From NCBI GenBank assembly GCA_964602245.1, contig CAZRPY010000001.1:152246-216245 (forward strand): 64,000 nucleotides of DNA. The letters run 5' to 3'. Shown one piece after another: positions 27,057-37,891 of the stretch (position 1 is the stretch's first letter; the number at the start of each line of letters is the position of its first letter). The DNA is from an uncultured Methanosarcinales archaeon (GTDB taxonomy: Archaea > Nanobdellota > Nanobdellia > Woesearchaeales > JACPIF01). A program made the translations under genes and the position numbers. Below the pieces are notes generated by a model that ran no database searches, was not told the DNA's origin, and saw only the letters and a list, made by a program, of their open reading frames with translations.

Positions 27057-29090
27057 TTGGTGGTTAAAATGGAAGGAGTGCAATATACTAGGCAATTTTA
27101 TCAGTTCTTTGAGGATAATTATCATGCTGAAATATTAGAAAGGGCTAGAAAAGGAGAGAATTTCTTACAGGTTGATTTTACAAAGCTTGTTGAGTTTGAA
27201 CCTGAGATTGCTGAGGATCTTCTAGAAAATCCTGAAGAGGTGATAAGAAATGCTGAGCTAGCTCTTCAAGAATTTGACATAGAAAATAAGCCTAAGTTTA
27301 GGATTAGGTTTTTTAATCTTCCTGCAAGCCAGAAAATCATGATTGGAAATATTAGAAGTGAGCACATAGGAAAGTTTCTCATTATGGAGGGGATTGTAAG
27401 GCAGAAGTCTGATGTAAGGCCACAGGTAATAGCTGCTAGATTTGAATGTCCTTCTTGTGGCAATGTGATACCTATGTTACAGCTGGAAAATGCTTTAAGA
27501 GAGCCGTCAAAATGCAGTTGTGGCAGAAAAGGGAAGTTTGTATTGATAGATAAAGAGCTTGTGGATGCGCAGAAAATTGTTATGGAAGAGGCTCATGAAA
27601 GCTTAGAAGGAGGAGAGCAGCCTAGGAGGATAAGTATATTCCTAAAAGATGATTTAGTAAGCCCAATAAGCGAGAAAAAGACTGCTCCAGGGAATAAAGT
27701 TAGAGTAATAGGGATAATAAAAGAGGTGCCTATAACTCTTAACAGTGCTGGAACAAAATCTGTTAGATTTGATTTGCAGATGGAGGCAAATAATTGTGAG
27801 CCTATTGATGAAACATTCTACGATTTAGTTATAACAGAGGAAGAAGAGGAAATTATTAAGAAACTGGCTGAAGATCCAAGAATATTAAGCAAGCTTTCTG
27901 CTAGTATTGCTCCATCTGTTTTTGGGTATGAGAAGATTAAAGAGGCTTTGGTATTGCAAATGATGGGAGGAGTGCATAAAACAAGCAAAGATGGTACTTT
28001 GAAAAGAGGGGACATACATATGCTTTTAGTTGGAGATCCTGGAGCTGGAAAATCAATGATGCTTAAAAGAGTTAACCAGGTTGCTCCTAAAAGCAGGTAT
28101 ATAAGTGGCAAGGGGGTTTCTGCTGCTGGACTGACAGCTTCTGTTGTTAAAGACGAGTTCTTAAGAGGATGGAGCTTAGAGGCAGGAGCTATGGTTTTAG
28201 CTTCTAATGGCCTATGCTGCATCGATGAGCTAGATAAGATGAGTAGGGAAGATACTAGTGCAATGCATGAAGCTCTTGAAAACCAGACCGTTAGTATAAG
28301 CAAGGCAAATATTCAAGCTACTTTAGTTGCTAAGACTACTGTATTAGCTGCAGCTAACCCTAAGCTTGGGAGGTTTGATCAATATGGAATAATTGCTGAC
28401 CAGATTGACCTGTCTCCTGCTTTAATTAACAGATTTGATCTAATATTTCCTATTAAAGATCTTCCAAATAAAGATGCTGATGAGCAAATGGCTACTCATA
28501 TACTTAATCTGCACCATTCGCCAGAAAAGGTTGAACAAGAAATATCTACTAAGCTTTTAAAGAAATATTTTGCATATGCAAAGCAAAAAATTAATCCTAG
28601 GCTGACTGAAGGGGCAATGGAAGAAATGAAATCTTATTACTTAAAAATGAGATTAAGTGGAGGTGGTGAAGAGGGGATTAGAACTATACCTATATCTGCA
28701 AGACAGCTTGATGCACTTATCAGGCTTGCTGAGGCTTCAGCCAGAGTAAGGCTTTCTGATAAAGTAACGAGGAGGGATTCGAAAAAGGCAATAGAATTAT
28801 TAGAATATTGCTTGATGCAGGTTGGATTTGATAGAGAAACTGGAAAAATAGATATTGATAGGATTGCTACGGGTGTTGGGGCATCCCAAAGAAGCAATAT
28901 AATAACAATAAAAGAGATTATGGATGAGCTGGAAACTAGGTTTGGAAAGCAAATACCTATAAACGAGATTATGGATTATGCAAAAGATAAAGGATTAGAT
29001 GATTCTAAGACTGAAGAGATTATTGATAAATTAAAAAGATCCGGAGATGTTTTTGAGCCGAAAAGAGGCTATTTACAGAAAATAGGTTGA
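27057..29090 (+). CDS. mcm: MCM replicative helicase
   Basis: It has a zinc finger (CPSCGN...CSCG), Walker A (GDPGAGKS), Walker B (CIDELDKM) and an Arg finger (SARQ). Confidence 0.95.
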   Translation: MVVKMEGVQYTRQFYQFFEDNYHAEILERARKGENFLQVDFTKLVEFEPEIAEDLLENPEEVIRNAELALQEFDIENKPKFRIRFFNLPASQKIMIGNIRSEHIGKFLIMEGIVRQKSDVRPQVIAARFECPSCGNVIPMLQLENALREPSKCSCGRKGKFVLIDKELVDAQKIVMEEAHESLEGGEQPRRISIFLKDDLVSPISEKKTAPGNKVRVIGIIKEVPITLNSAGTKSVRFDLQMEANNCEPIDETFYDLVITEEEEEIIKKLAEDPRILSKLSASIAPSVFGYEKIKEALVLQMMGGVHKTSKDGTLKRGDIHMLLVGDPGAGKSMMLKRVNQVAPKSRYISGKGVSAAGLTASVVKDEFLRGWSLEAGAMVLASNGLCCIDELDKMSREDTSAMHEALENQTVSISKANIQATLVAKTTVLAAANPKLGRFDQYGIIADQIDLSPALINRFDLIFPIKDLPNKDADEQMATHILNLHHSPEKVEQEISTKLLKKYFAYAKQKINPRLTEGAMEEMKSYYLKMRLSGGGEEGIRTIPISARQLDALIRLAEASARVRLSDKVTRRDSKKAIELLEYCLMQVGFDRETGKIDIDRIATGVGASQRSNIITIKEIMDELETRFGKQIPINEIMDYAKDKGLDDSKTEEIIDKLKRSGDVFEPKRGYLQKIG

Positions 29091-29091
29091 A

Positions 29092-29691
29092 ATGGCAAAT
29101 AGCTTGAAAAGAGCAACTGCTTATAAGCTTTGTATTAAAGATATAATTGATGGCTCTTATGTAAGATCTGAGCAGAATCCTAGTTATTTGCTGACAAAGG
29201 ATGGCAGGAAAGTTTCTAGAGTGAATTTAATAGCAGTGCTATTGGAAAAGGTTGAAGATAGCTTATGGATTTTAGAAGATGAAAGCGGAAGGGTAACTGT
29301 CAGATCGTTTAATGAGATGCCTTCTGAGTTTATTAATGGTGATGTTGTATTAGTAATTGGAAATCCTAGAGAATTTGGTGGAGAAAAATATTTAATTCCT
29401 GAGATTATAAAGAGATTAAGTTATAGTTGGCTTAAGCTAAGGAGCATAGAGATTGGACAAAATATTAGGGAGGTTTATCAGGAAGAAGCTGCTAGCATAG
29501 TAAATGATGAAAAATTAAGTTTTTCTAATGAGGTTTATGATATGATAAAGAGCTATGATAAAGGTGAAGGTGTTGATTTTTCTATTTTAGTTGAAAAGTT
29601 TGGCAATAAAAGCGAGAATATTATTTCTAAGTTACTAGAGCAAGGAGAGATATTTGAGGTAAAGCCTGGAAGGTTGAAGGTGCTGGAGTAG
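29092..29691 (+). CDS. OB-fold nucleic-acid-binding protein (RPA-like or ssDNA-binding); function uncertain
   Basis: It has an OB-fold-like segment (VNLIAVLLEK...LWILEDESGRVTVRSF). It abuts mcm with a 1-nt gap. Confidence 0.45.
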   Translation: MANSLKRATAYKLCIKDIIDGSYVRSEQNPSYLLTKDGRKVSRVNLIAVLLEKVEDSLWILEDESGRVTVRSFNEMPSEFINGDVVLVIGNPREFGGEKYLIPEIIKRLSYSWLKLRSIEIGQNIREVYQEEAASIVNDEKLSFSNEVYDMIKSYDKGEGVDFSILVEKFGNKSENIISKLLEQGEIFEVKPGRLKVLE

Positions 29692-29892
29692 AGATGTAAA
29701 GTTTATTATGGTCAAAATTCTCTGCCAGGGAGTATATGCCGACCTTCGTCTGCTAGAAAATCTTCATAGAAATTTCTTCCTGTTTTATACTACAACTTGA
29801 TAAAGAGCATGAACTCACTATGCGAACTTGTGCCATCTGTTCACTAATCATACACATGGTATTCTATTATTAAAAATTGCTTTATTATTCAA

Positions 29893-30756
29893 TCAAAACA
29901 ACTTAGGAGTTATATAAACCTCAACAAAGGCTGCTATTACTAGGATGGCAAAGGCTATTACTAATAAGTCTAATGTGTCTATTAATATTTTTTCAAAGTT
30001 CTTAGAGTAGATGTCTTTTCGGATAATTGCCATGGAAACTATACCTCCAGCTAAGCCAGCAATAAAATATGCTGCTATTTCTAATAAGCCATGAGTGAAG
30101 TAGCGCATGATGCCAAAAGAGGCAGCTTGCATGTAGGCAGATAAAGAGACCATGCCAATTGTTGAGGCTGCATGTGAGATTTGGTTTTTGATAAGATTGC
30201 CAATAGCAACACCTATAACTGAGGCATTCCATGTTAAGATGAAGATTGCTCCTATGCCATAGATTAGTGCAAAGATTAAGGTAAATATCAGCACCTTGAT
30301 ATTATTAGAAAGAATTTTCATCATTATTCCAAAATGAGAAACTACATTGCCTGTTGCTTTTGCAGCTATTTGTGAATTTATATCTGTTATTGTTTGTTGT
30401 TGTATGCCAAATAAGCTTTGATTGTATTTTTCTGGCATTACTATATACCAAAATGTAATGGCTAAGCTTATTCCTATGAAAAGAAATATTAAGAAATTAA
30501 TGGCTTTCCAATGCTCTTTTAGAAGGCTAAGCTCACTGCTTATTAAAATGTCTTTTTTTTCTTCATATTTTATTGTGAAGTAAAACAGAGGTGATAAAGC
30601 TAAAACTGTTAGGAATACGGTCACTAAGCTTGCATACCTCTCAAAAACCCATAAAGATAATAGTAAGGCTACAGAACAATAAAAGAAGCCTATAAATAAT
30701 AGCTCCCATGGCTTTTTCTCTGCCTTAACAGGATTTATTAGAGATTCTATAACCAT
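29893..30756 (-). CDS. Polytopic membrane protein (DUF95/SpoIIM-like, tentative)
   Basis: It has six or more TM segments. The family assignment is from memory only. Confidence 0.4.
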   Translation of the reverse strand: MVIESLINPVKAEKKPWELLFIGFFYCSVALLLSLWVFERYASLVTVFLTVLALSPLFYFTIKYEEKKDILISSELSLLKEHWKAINFLIFLFIGISLAITFWYIVMPEKYNQSLFGIQQQTITDINSQIAAKATGNVVSHFGIMMKILSNNIKVLIFTLIFALIYGIGAIFILTWNASVIGVAIGNLIKNQISHAASTIGMVSLSAYMQAASFGIMRYFTHGLLEIAAYFIAGLAGGIVSMAIIRKDIYSKNFEKILIDTLDLLVIAFAILVIAAFVEVYITPKLF

Positions 30757-30847
30757 AATGGTATTTTTTAGATTTATATTTATATACTTTGTTAAAATTA
30801 ATGTTTAGTTAGTAACTTTCATTAGGTTTATATACTGCTATAAATTT

Positions 30848-31264
30848 TTGGCTTCTATGGATTATGAGGAAATGCTAGATATTGGAAAGAATCAATTGCC
30901 TGAGGGAATATTAGCTAAAGAAAGGTTTGAAGTACCTAAAGTTATAGGGCATATACAGGGAAATAAGACTATGATAAGCAATTTTAACCAAATTGCTGCC
31001 ACACTAAATAGAGAGATAGAGCATCTTTTAAAATTTATCTTGAGGGAATTAGCTACTCCTGGAGAGATTGTAAATAACTTATTGATATTAGGAACTAAGA
31101 TAAGTGCTTCTAGAATAAATGAAAAGATTAGAGAGTATGCAGAGAACTATGTGATATGCCAAGAATGTGGCAAGCCAGATACTAGGATTTTAAAAGAGGG
31201 AAATGTTATTTTCCTTAGATGCCAGGCATGTGGCAGCAAGCATCATATTAAAAAGGCTATTTAA
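30848..31264 (+). CDS. eif2b: Translation initiation factor 2 beta subunit
   Basis: It has the C-terminal zinc ribbon CQECGKPDT...CQACGS and is 138 aa. Confidence 0.85.
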   Translation: MASMDYEEMLDIGKNQLPEGILAKERFEVPKVIGHIQGNKTMISNFNQIAATLNREIEHLLKFILRELATPGEIVNNLLILGTKISASRINEKIREYAENYVICQECGKPDTRILKEGNVIFLRCQACGSKHHIKKAI

Positions 31265-31269
31265 TACAA

Positions 31270-31566
31270 ATGAGTGTAAAAATACATAATGTAAGTGGTA
31301 AGAAAATACTAGCTATATGCAATAAAAAAATTTTGGGAAAGGTATATATGGATAAGGGTTTGCAACTAGACCTTTCCTCATCCTTTTATAGTGGAACTGA
31401 AATTTCTGAGAATGAAATAATTCAACTAATGAAGGGAATCTATACTATAAATGCTGTAGGAAGCAAATCAATAGATTTTTTAATTAGAATTAGAGCAATT
31501 TCTAAAGAAAATGTTAGAATTATAAAAAAAAACACCTTATGCCTTTGCTATTCTAGAATAAATTAG
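31270..31566 (+). CDS. Conserved hypothetical small protein (possibly DUF424-like)
   Basis: It is 98 aa and co-directional with eif2b, 5 nt after it. Confidence 0.4.
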   Translation: MSVKIHNVSGKKILAICNKKILGKVYMDKGLQLDLSSSFYSGTEISENEIIQLMKGIYTINAVGSKSIDFLIRIRAISKENVRIIKKNTLCLCYSRIN

Positions 31567-34500
31567 TTTATCCATGCTTTTAGAGCTGCCTGCTTATCAC
31601 CAAACCTGCCAAAAACTCCTTCTATCCTTCTTTTTGTAACCTCGAGGCTTCTCTTTAAGTATAGAGGTGCATCATACTTATTCGCCAGATTAATAGAAGA
31701 TTCTAAGTATTTTATTACAGAGCCTTCTGAAACTGTGAAAGTAATCTTGCCACCGCATTCGTCGCATTTTCCATGAAGGCTTGGCCTCCTAAATTTTGTA
31801 TTGCATTTTGTGCACCTAAATTCCTGAGTTGAAAATTTCCTTAGATTACCTTTAATATCTTTTAGAAAATGCTTTTCTATAACTAATTTTGCAACATCTG
31901 ATGCATCAACAGCTCTTATCTTTTCTGCTAACTCCATCTGACCACGAAGCTTTTCTTCCATAGAAGGGATTGTCTTATAAGCAGAGCATAATACTCCAGA
32001 ATTAATATCAGTAGTTTCGTGAGTGTAGCCAAGCCCTTCATATTGCTTTTGAGTGTTTATTCTATCTCCTAGTTTTTCAATTGTGAAATCTTGCTTTTCT
32101 AAGAAAGATTTATAGAATTCTAGAGGGTATTGCCAGACAACATCTAAGTCAAACACCATATCATCAACTTCTGCTGGATTTAGCATTGAAGTCATTACTA
32201 AGCAGGCATCTTGAGCTGAGCCTCTATGATTAGGCAAATATTGTCTTGAAAAGTTTAATAATGCGTCCATAAGCAAGATAATTGAACTCTCATCCCCGTC
32301 TAAGTCTCTCCTCATTGCAGCGTGAAACATTGGATGAGCAAAAAATCCTTGGGTCTTACTAAATCCGATTATTCTGCCGATGATTGCTGCTGATGTGTGA
32401 GGGGCTATGCCTAAAACTAAATGTCCTATAATGTCATCTTCTTTTTTAAAGTTATAGAATTTAGGCATAGAGTATAAGGTTTCTAGTAAATCATCTATAA
32501 AGTTGGCTATCCTCATCAAGACTTTGCCAGCGCCTTCATTAGTTGATTCATAGCCAGAAGGGAGAATAATATCTTGAGGCTTTATCTCTACTATTTGGCT
32601 ATCAGAAACTAATTCTTTGTTATGGATATCTTTAGTATAGCCTAACTCTTTTGTTTTCCCAACTGTCAAGCCTATTTCTCTTGGCTTGAAATGTGTTATA
32701 CCAAGTTGAGTCATGTCATATCTTATTGTGCCATCTTTATTTACACTAAGATCATATTTGGCTCTCAGGATTCCTTTGACTAAATTTTCTGCTATATGAT
32801 CTTTATTAGATGTTCCTCTAACGCCTCGCAAGTTTTCTGGCACTATTTTAATGTTGGCTTTTGGAGCAAATGAATTATAGATAGCTTTAATATCAACTTT
32901 CCTATTAATGAAAGAGCTTGCTTTTCCATGGGAACATTCTTGACTATTAATATAGCCACAAATTTTGCAATAATACCTTAATATGCATTTGTCTTTACAT
33001 TGATAGCATAAATTGTATACATTGTCTAAAGAGCATTTTATACAATAAAAGTTCGGGAAATCGGATTTTACATGACCTATTTCTAAAGCTTGCTGGAAGC
33101 TTCTAAGCCTGCCGCCTTCCACACCTATAGGGAATAAAACAGAAGGAGAGCCTGTCAGCTTTCTTAGCTTTGCTTTCTCGGGCCTACCCATTCTTGCACC
33201 TATAAAGATTCCTGCTTTATCCTTTATTTTTATATTGGTTACTCTTTCTAGGATAGATAGGATATCCTCTTTATCTTCTAAATTTGTTTGCACATTATTA
33301 TCTAGAAAAACAAAATCTAAGCATTTTGCTACTTCTCCTTCTATAACTACAAATTCATTTTGAGCAAGTAAGTTGGGTATTCCCAATATTTCTAGGAGTC
33401 TTTTCTTTCCTTGGCTATTTGGAAGAATTATTTTTTTAACAACGCCTTGCTCTTCTTTAATAGTTACTGCTTCGTCAAACCATTCTTTTAAAGACAAAAG
33501 TTCAGCTGGTGTAATAGAGGTCCAATAAAAGGTATATTCTGGATGTAAAGGAATATTTAATTTTTGACTAATGACTAAAGATTCGTTAAAAGAAGGAGTA
33601 AAATTAAATGGTTGTTGGAAGAGAGTTTTTAATCTACTTTCATTTATACTAACATAATTTGCACATTTTGGATAATCATTATTAAAATTCAGTTTTATGG
33701 ATTCTTCAAGCTCAAGAGCCCACCATTCCTCACAATAACCTGGTTGAACTAAAGGATGACCTCTATTAACAAAATCTCCATAATTGATAAGGATGTCTCC
33801 TAAATAGAGAATTTCTTTTACATCTTTTGCAATTCTTTTTGCCTCTTGCTCTTCTTTGATTTTAATCACATTACCGTTATTTAATAATACGATTGGGCCT
33901 TCAATATAGTCACATGGCGTTAGTGTTGTGGCTTTCCCTGGTCTTTCAAGTTTAAGTTGGGTTCCAGTTGCTAGATACTTGTCTGATATATACATTGTTG
34001 CTGGATGAATTGTATATGAAGAAAAACCTGAGGTTCTTGTTCTACCATATCTAAGTCTAAAGCCTCCATATCTCATTGGATAAGTTAGAATTGGTCTGCC
34101 AGCTATTAAATCACTCATATATGTATAATCTGGACCTATTTTCTTTTCATCTTGGGTGACCTTGCCTTTTGATTTTATCTCTCTTTGTAAAGAAATAAAT
34201 TTTTCAAGAAATTCCCAATGATCTAACCCATAATCCTTTGCCCATTTGGAGAGCTGTTTCCATAACTTAACAGCTTTTTGGGCAATGCATTCTCCAATAA
34301 CTAGGCAAGGACCATTTCTAATTTTATTAGTTTCAATCCTATCTAAAAATTTATAATTAGAAACTTCTAAATCTTCAGATGGCTCCCCATCAATTTGAAG
34401 AGGAATATTCTTTACTAAGAATTCAATCTCTTTTTCGCTGGGAAGATATTGTAAGTTGGTAACTTTTTCATGATAATCAAACATTTCAATTACGGTTCTT

Positions 34501-35069
34501 TTTATTTCTTCTGTTGAAGCGTCATAAGTGTCATATCCCATTTTTTTCCTTACATAATCTGCAATTAAGACAGAGACAGAGGCGCCGGTACCTCCCGCAC
34601 TTCTTATAGGTCCTGAGTACAATATTGCTAAGTATTCTTTTCCATCTTTTCTTTTTCTAACTTTTAAATTTGTAAAACCTTCTAGAGGAGAAGACACTGT
34701 CCCTAATGTATGATACGCAAAACCAACTCTTATACCAGTTTCAATTGCTTCTATTTTATTGCTAAACTTGCAAAACTTTTCTTGAGCTATTTCAAGAGCT
34801 ATAATTAGCGAAATTCTCCAATCTAAGACACCGTAATTTTTTTCAAGTTCTCTTAGCCTTTTTGGGATACCTACACCTTTTATTTGAGGGCTTATGGCTG
34901 AAACAAGTCCTTCTACTCTTTCTGCCATGTCTATTGCTAGCGGTATATCTACATGATCATCTGGATCGTATCCTTTCTTTCTGGCTTGCTCAGCTATGTC
35001 ATAAACTTGTTTTGTCTTTTTCCCTATTTCTTCAAGATATTTCTTAATTTCTTGGCTTGCTTCTACCAT
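31563..35069 (-). CDS. polC: DNA polymerase II (PolD) large subunit DP2
   Basis: It is 1168 aa with an N-terminus typical of DP2. Several Cys clusters are present. No intein is evident. Confidence 0.9.
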   Translation of the reverse strand: MVEASQEIKKYLEEIGKKTKQVYDIAEQARKKGYDPDDHVDIPLAIDMAERVEGLVSAISPQIKGVGIPKRLRELEKNYGVLDWRISLIIALEIAQEKFCKFSNKIEAIETGIRVGFAYHTLGTVSSPLEGFTNLKVRKRKDGKEYLAILYSGPIRSAGGTGASVSVLIADYVRKKMGYDTYDASTEEIKRTVIEMFDYHEKVTNLQYLPSEKEIEFLVKNIPLQIDGEPSEDLEVSNYKFLDRIETNKIRNGPCLVIGECIAQKAVKLWKQLSKWAKDYGLDHWEFLEKFISLQREIKSKGKVTQDEKKIGPDYTYMSDLIAGRPILTYPMRYGGFRLRYGRTRTSGFSSYTIHPATMYISDKYLATGTQLKLERPGKATTLTPCDYIEGPIVLLNNGNVIKIKEEQEAKRIAKDVKEILYLGDILINYGDFVNRGHPLVQPGYCEEWWALELEESIKLNFNNDYPKCANYVSINESRLKTLFQQPFNFTPSFNESLVISQKLNIPLHPEYTFYWTSITPAELLSLKEWFDEAVTIKEEQGVVKKIILPNSQGKKRLLEILGIPNLLAQNEFVVIEGEVAKCLDFVFLDNNVQTNLEDKEDILSILERVTNIKIKDKAGIFIGARMGRPEKAKLRKLTGSPSVLFPIGVEGGRLRSFQQALEIGHVKSDFPNFYCIKCSLDNVYNLCYQCKDKCILRYYCKICGYINSQECSHGKASSFINRKVDIKAIYNSFAPKANIKIVPENLRGVRGTSNKDHIAENLVKGILRAKYDLSVNKDGTIRYDMTQLGITHFKPREIGLTVGKTKELGYTKDIHNKELVSDSQIVEIKPQDIILPSGYESTNEGAGKVLMRIANFIDDLLETLYSMPKFYNFKKEDDIIGHLVLGIAPHTSAAIIGRIIGFSKTQGFFAHPMFHAAMRRDLDGDESSIILLMDALLNFSRQYLPNHRGSAQDACLVMTSMLNPAEVDDMVFDLDVVWQYPLEFYKSFLEKQDFTIEKLGDRINTQKQYEGLGYTHETTDINSGVLCSAYKTIPSMEEKLRGQMELAEKIRAVDASDVAKLVIEKHFLKDIKGNLRKFSTQEFRCTKCNTKFRRPSLHGKCDECGGKITFTVSEGSVIKYLESSINLANKYDAPLYLKRSLEVTKRRIEGVFGRFGDKQAALKAWIN

Positions 35070-35072
35070 TTT

Positions 35073-36650
35073 TTAAAACCTCAAAATCTTAATTTCTCTG
35101 GTTTGAAGATTAAGCATTGGAACTCTGCAAGGTTCAGGATTATGGCCAAGTTTTTCTTGGAATGGTGTCATATCCTGCCAGCATGAGCCACATATCATAG
35201 TTACATGCCTATAATTTTTTGCTGATACCCTGTGCAAATGGCCAGTAACAAAAATGTCAGGAACTTTTTCAATTACCAAGTAATCTTTTTCTGGATCTGG
35301 AAGAGATAATGTTGAGGAATATGTGGGGGCAAGGTGCCTTTTTTGAAGAATAAATTTCATTATAAGGTCTGGTCTATCATAGCCTCCATTATTTCTTATA
35401 GACTCAACATTTGCAATATAGTAGTCAAATGAGTATCCATGATAAATTAGGACATCAAATCCTGAAAAATTATTATTGGCTTCTATGTTGACTACTCCTG
35501 GGTTTGAGATTATTGTGATATTAGACAATTTCCATAAATCTTCTGCAAAATCTTTGTAGAACTCTGGCTGTGGCTCTGATATCCTCATAGCATCATGGTT
35601 GCCTGGAGAAATTATAATATTAATATGCTTTGGAATTCTAGCCAGTAATTTTGCGCATTCTTTGTATTGCTCATAGATATCTAGTATCTCTAACTCTCTT
35701 TCTTGGCCTGGATAGATACTACAACCATCAACAAGGTCACCTGCAATAAAGAGATACCTGATTTTTGAGATCAATTCGCGATGCTTTTCACTTTCTCCGT
35801 TGAGCCAATTTAAGAATTTCTCAAATTTGTCTCTTAGAAAAAGTGTTGAGCCTATATGTAAATCTGAAAGGAATAAGGAATAAACTTCATCTTGAGATTT
35901 CCTTAATTCTTTATTAATGGGTATGTCTGGCTCTATAATATTATTTGCAAAGACTATATTGGTACCTGTTACACCAACTACTCCTAAAACCTGGTCTAGT
36001 ACCGTGTCTTTTGCAACATCAAATATCTCTTTTCTATTTTTATTGACAAAAACTTTAATTGAGCCTGTAAGGTCTTCTATGATAAAACTTATACCTCCGC
36101 TCTTTGTGGTTTCTTTTAATTTAACCATGCCTATTATAGATACTTGTTCTTTATCCTTTTTACTGAATATTCTATTAATGGATACTGGATTTTGAAGCTC
36201 TTGTCTATTTTGTAAGATTTTTTTAATAGAGTTAAATCTGTTCGTAAAATATGAAACAAAATCTTGGGGTTCAATTGGTTTTAATTTTTTATTGTAGGAA
36301 AATACGATTTTAACTTTGTTTTCTATCTCTTGGTATTGCGGCTCTTGTAAAGGCTCTGTCAAGTGTATTAGAAATTTGTCATAAATATTTTTTCCTTTTC
36401 TTTTTTCTGCAAGTGCTCTTATCCTTTCTAAATCAAGCCAATTTAATTCTTCTAATTTCTCTTTATTTTTGGTAAGTATTTTTTCGAAATCTTTGTTGAG
36501 AACTAGTAAGGTGCTTGATTCTTTGTTTTCAATAATTTCTTTCATAGAAGTTAAATCTATTTCGTTTTCTAGTATTTCTGGATTTATTAATATGTTTTTA
36601 TTGAGAAAATAGTTAATTAGCTCTTTTTTCCTTGATTTTTTGTCTTCCAT
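35073..36650 (-). CDS. polB: DNA polymerase II (PolD) small subunit DP1, a calcineurin-like phosphoesterase
   Basis: Phosphoesterase motifs are present (GDLVDG, ISPGNHDA, GHLH). Confidence 0.9.
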   Translation of the reverse strand: MEDKKSRKKELINYFLNKNILINPEILENEIDLTSMKEIIENKESSTLLVLNKDFEKILTKNKEKLEELNWLDLERIRALAEKRKGKNIYDKFLIHLTEPLQEPQYQEIENKVKIVFSYNKKLKPIEPQDFVSYFTNRFNSIKKILQNRQELQNPVSINRIFSKKDKEQVSIIGMVKLKETTKSGGISFIIEDLTGSIKVFVNKNRKEIFDVAKDTVLDQVLGVVGVTGTNIVFANNIIEPDIPINKELRKSQDEVYSLFLSDLHIGSTLFLRDKFEKFLNWLNGESEKHRELISKIRYLFIAGDLVDGCSIYPGQERELEILDIYEQYKECAKLLARIPKHINIIISPGNHDAMRISEPQPEFYKDFAEDLWKLSNITIISNPGVVNIEANNNFSGFDVLIYHGYSFDYYIANVESIRNNGGYDRPDLIMKFILQKRHLAPTYSSTLSLPDPEKDYLVIEKVPDIFVTGHLHRVSAKNYRHVTMICGSCWQDMTPFQEKLGHNPEPCRVPMLNLQTREIKILRF

Positions 36651-36679
36651 TTTAGATAAGAAAGATTATTCTTGTTTTA

Positions 36680-37891
36680 TCAAGTTAAGTCTAACCCTTC
36701 CTCTAATATTTGTTTTATCTTTATGTTTAAATGTTCTTGTGTGGTGAGTTGGATTTCTCTTGTCCTACCGTGCCTGCCTTTTGATATTACTTTGCCATTT
36801 ATAATTCCTTGCATGTCCAGTTCTGCAAGTATATCTGAAATTCTTCTTTGGGTTAGGGGCCTTAGACCTATCTGACTGCATAATTTCTTGTAAAACTCAT
36901 AAACCTCCCCAGTTAAAATTGCTTCATTTTGTGACTTTAATAGCCTAAATATTGAGTAAATAACACATTGATATTGCTTAGGCTGAGTTGAAATTATTTC
37001 TATTATATAGTCTCTTTCTATCTTTTCCTCTGCATTATCTATATGTTCAATTTTTACAGTGGTATTACCATTTCTATCTGCAATCTCCCCTGCAACCCTT
37101 AATAGCTCTATAGCTCTTCTTGCATCACCATGGTCACGAGCAGCATAGGCTGAACATTTTTCTATTACACCGTAATCTAAAGCCCCTTCCCTAAAGGATT
37201 GCTTAACTCTTTGCTCTAGAATATCCTTAATTTGTAAGGCGTTGTAAGGGGGGAATATTAGGCCCTCTTCTGATAAAGAGCTTCTAACTCTTGGGTCTAT
37301 ATTGTCTAGGAATTTTGTGTCATTGGAAATACCGATTAAGGCTACCTGAGCTTTTTTTAACTCTTCGTTGATCCTTGTTAAATTATAGAGTATATCATCT
37401 TCTGTTCTTTTAATAAGATAATCTATCTCGTCAAGGATAATTATTACTATTTGTTCCTTTTCTTCAATTCCAGAATAAAATATCTTGTAAACCTCTTCTG
37501 TTGGCAGCCCTGTAGAAGGAACAGCTTTGTTCAAGTCTCTTGCCAATTGGGCAATTAGCCTGTACTGTGTATCAGCTACCCTTTTAAGCTTACAGTTAAT
37601 GTAAAGTACTTTTAATGGTATTTTGTTGTTTAAAGATGCTTTTATAAGATGGTTTGTTACATGTTTTATGGTTACTGTTTTGCCAGTTCCTGTTTTACCA
37701 TATAAAAGAAGATTAGAAGGTTTTTCGAGTTTTAGGCTTGGGGCCAATATCTTACTGATTTGTTCTATTTGCTCATCTCGATGAAATATTTGTTCAGGAA
37801 TGTAGTTAAATTGTAGTACTCTTTTGTTAGTAAAAACGGATTGTATATTTATAAAATTCTCAAAAAATGTAGCTAAACCCCACTGAGTCAT
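36680..37891 (-). CDS. cdc6: Orc1/Cdc6 replication initiator
   Basis: It has AAA+ Walker A (LLLYGKTGTGKT) and a C-terminal winged helix. It is the first gene of the cdc6-DP1-DP2 operon. Confidence 0.95.
   Translation of the reverse strand: MTQWGLATFFENFINIQSVFTNKRVLQFNYIPEQIFHRDEQIEQISKILAPSLKLEKPSNLLLYGKTGTGKTVTIKHVTNHLIKASLNNKIPLKVLYINCKLKRVADTQYRLIAQLARDLNKAVPSTGLPTEEVYKIFYSGIEEKEQIVIIILDEIDYLIKRTEDDILYNLTRINEELKKAQVALIGISNDTKFLDNIDPRVRSSLSEEGLIFPPYNALQIKDILEQRVKQSFREGALDYGVIEKCSAYAARDHGDARRAIELLRVAGEIADRNGNTTVKIEHIDNAEEKIERDYIIEIISTQPKQYQCVIYSIFRLLKSQNEAILTGEVYEFYKKLCSQIGLRPLTQRRISDILAELDMQGIINGKVISKGRHGRTREIQLTTQEHLNIKIKQILEEGLDLT

Noticed and set aside
27818-28303. 161-aa minus-strand ORF, and 28637-28897 (86 aa)
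   Set aside because: They are antisense within mcm. Their Ser/Leu-rich composition is typical of antisense artefacts.
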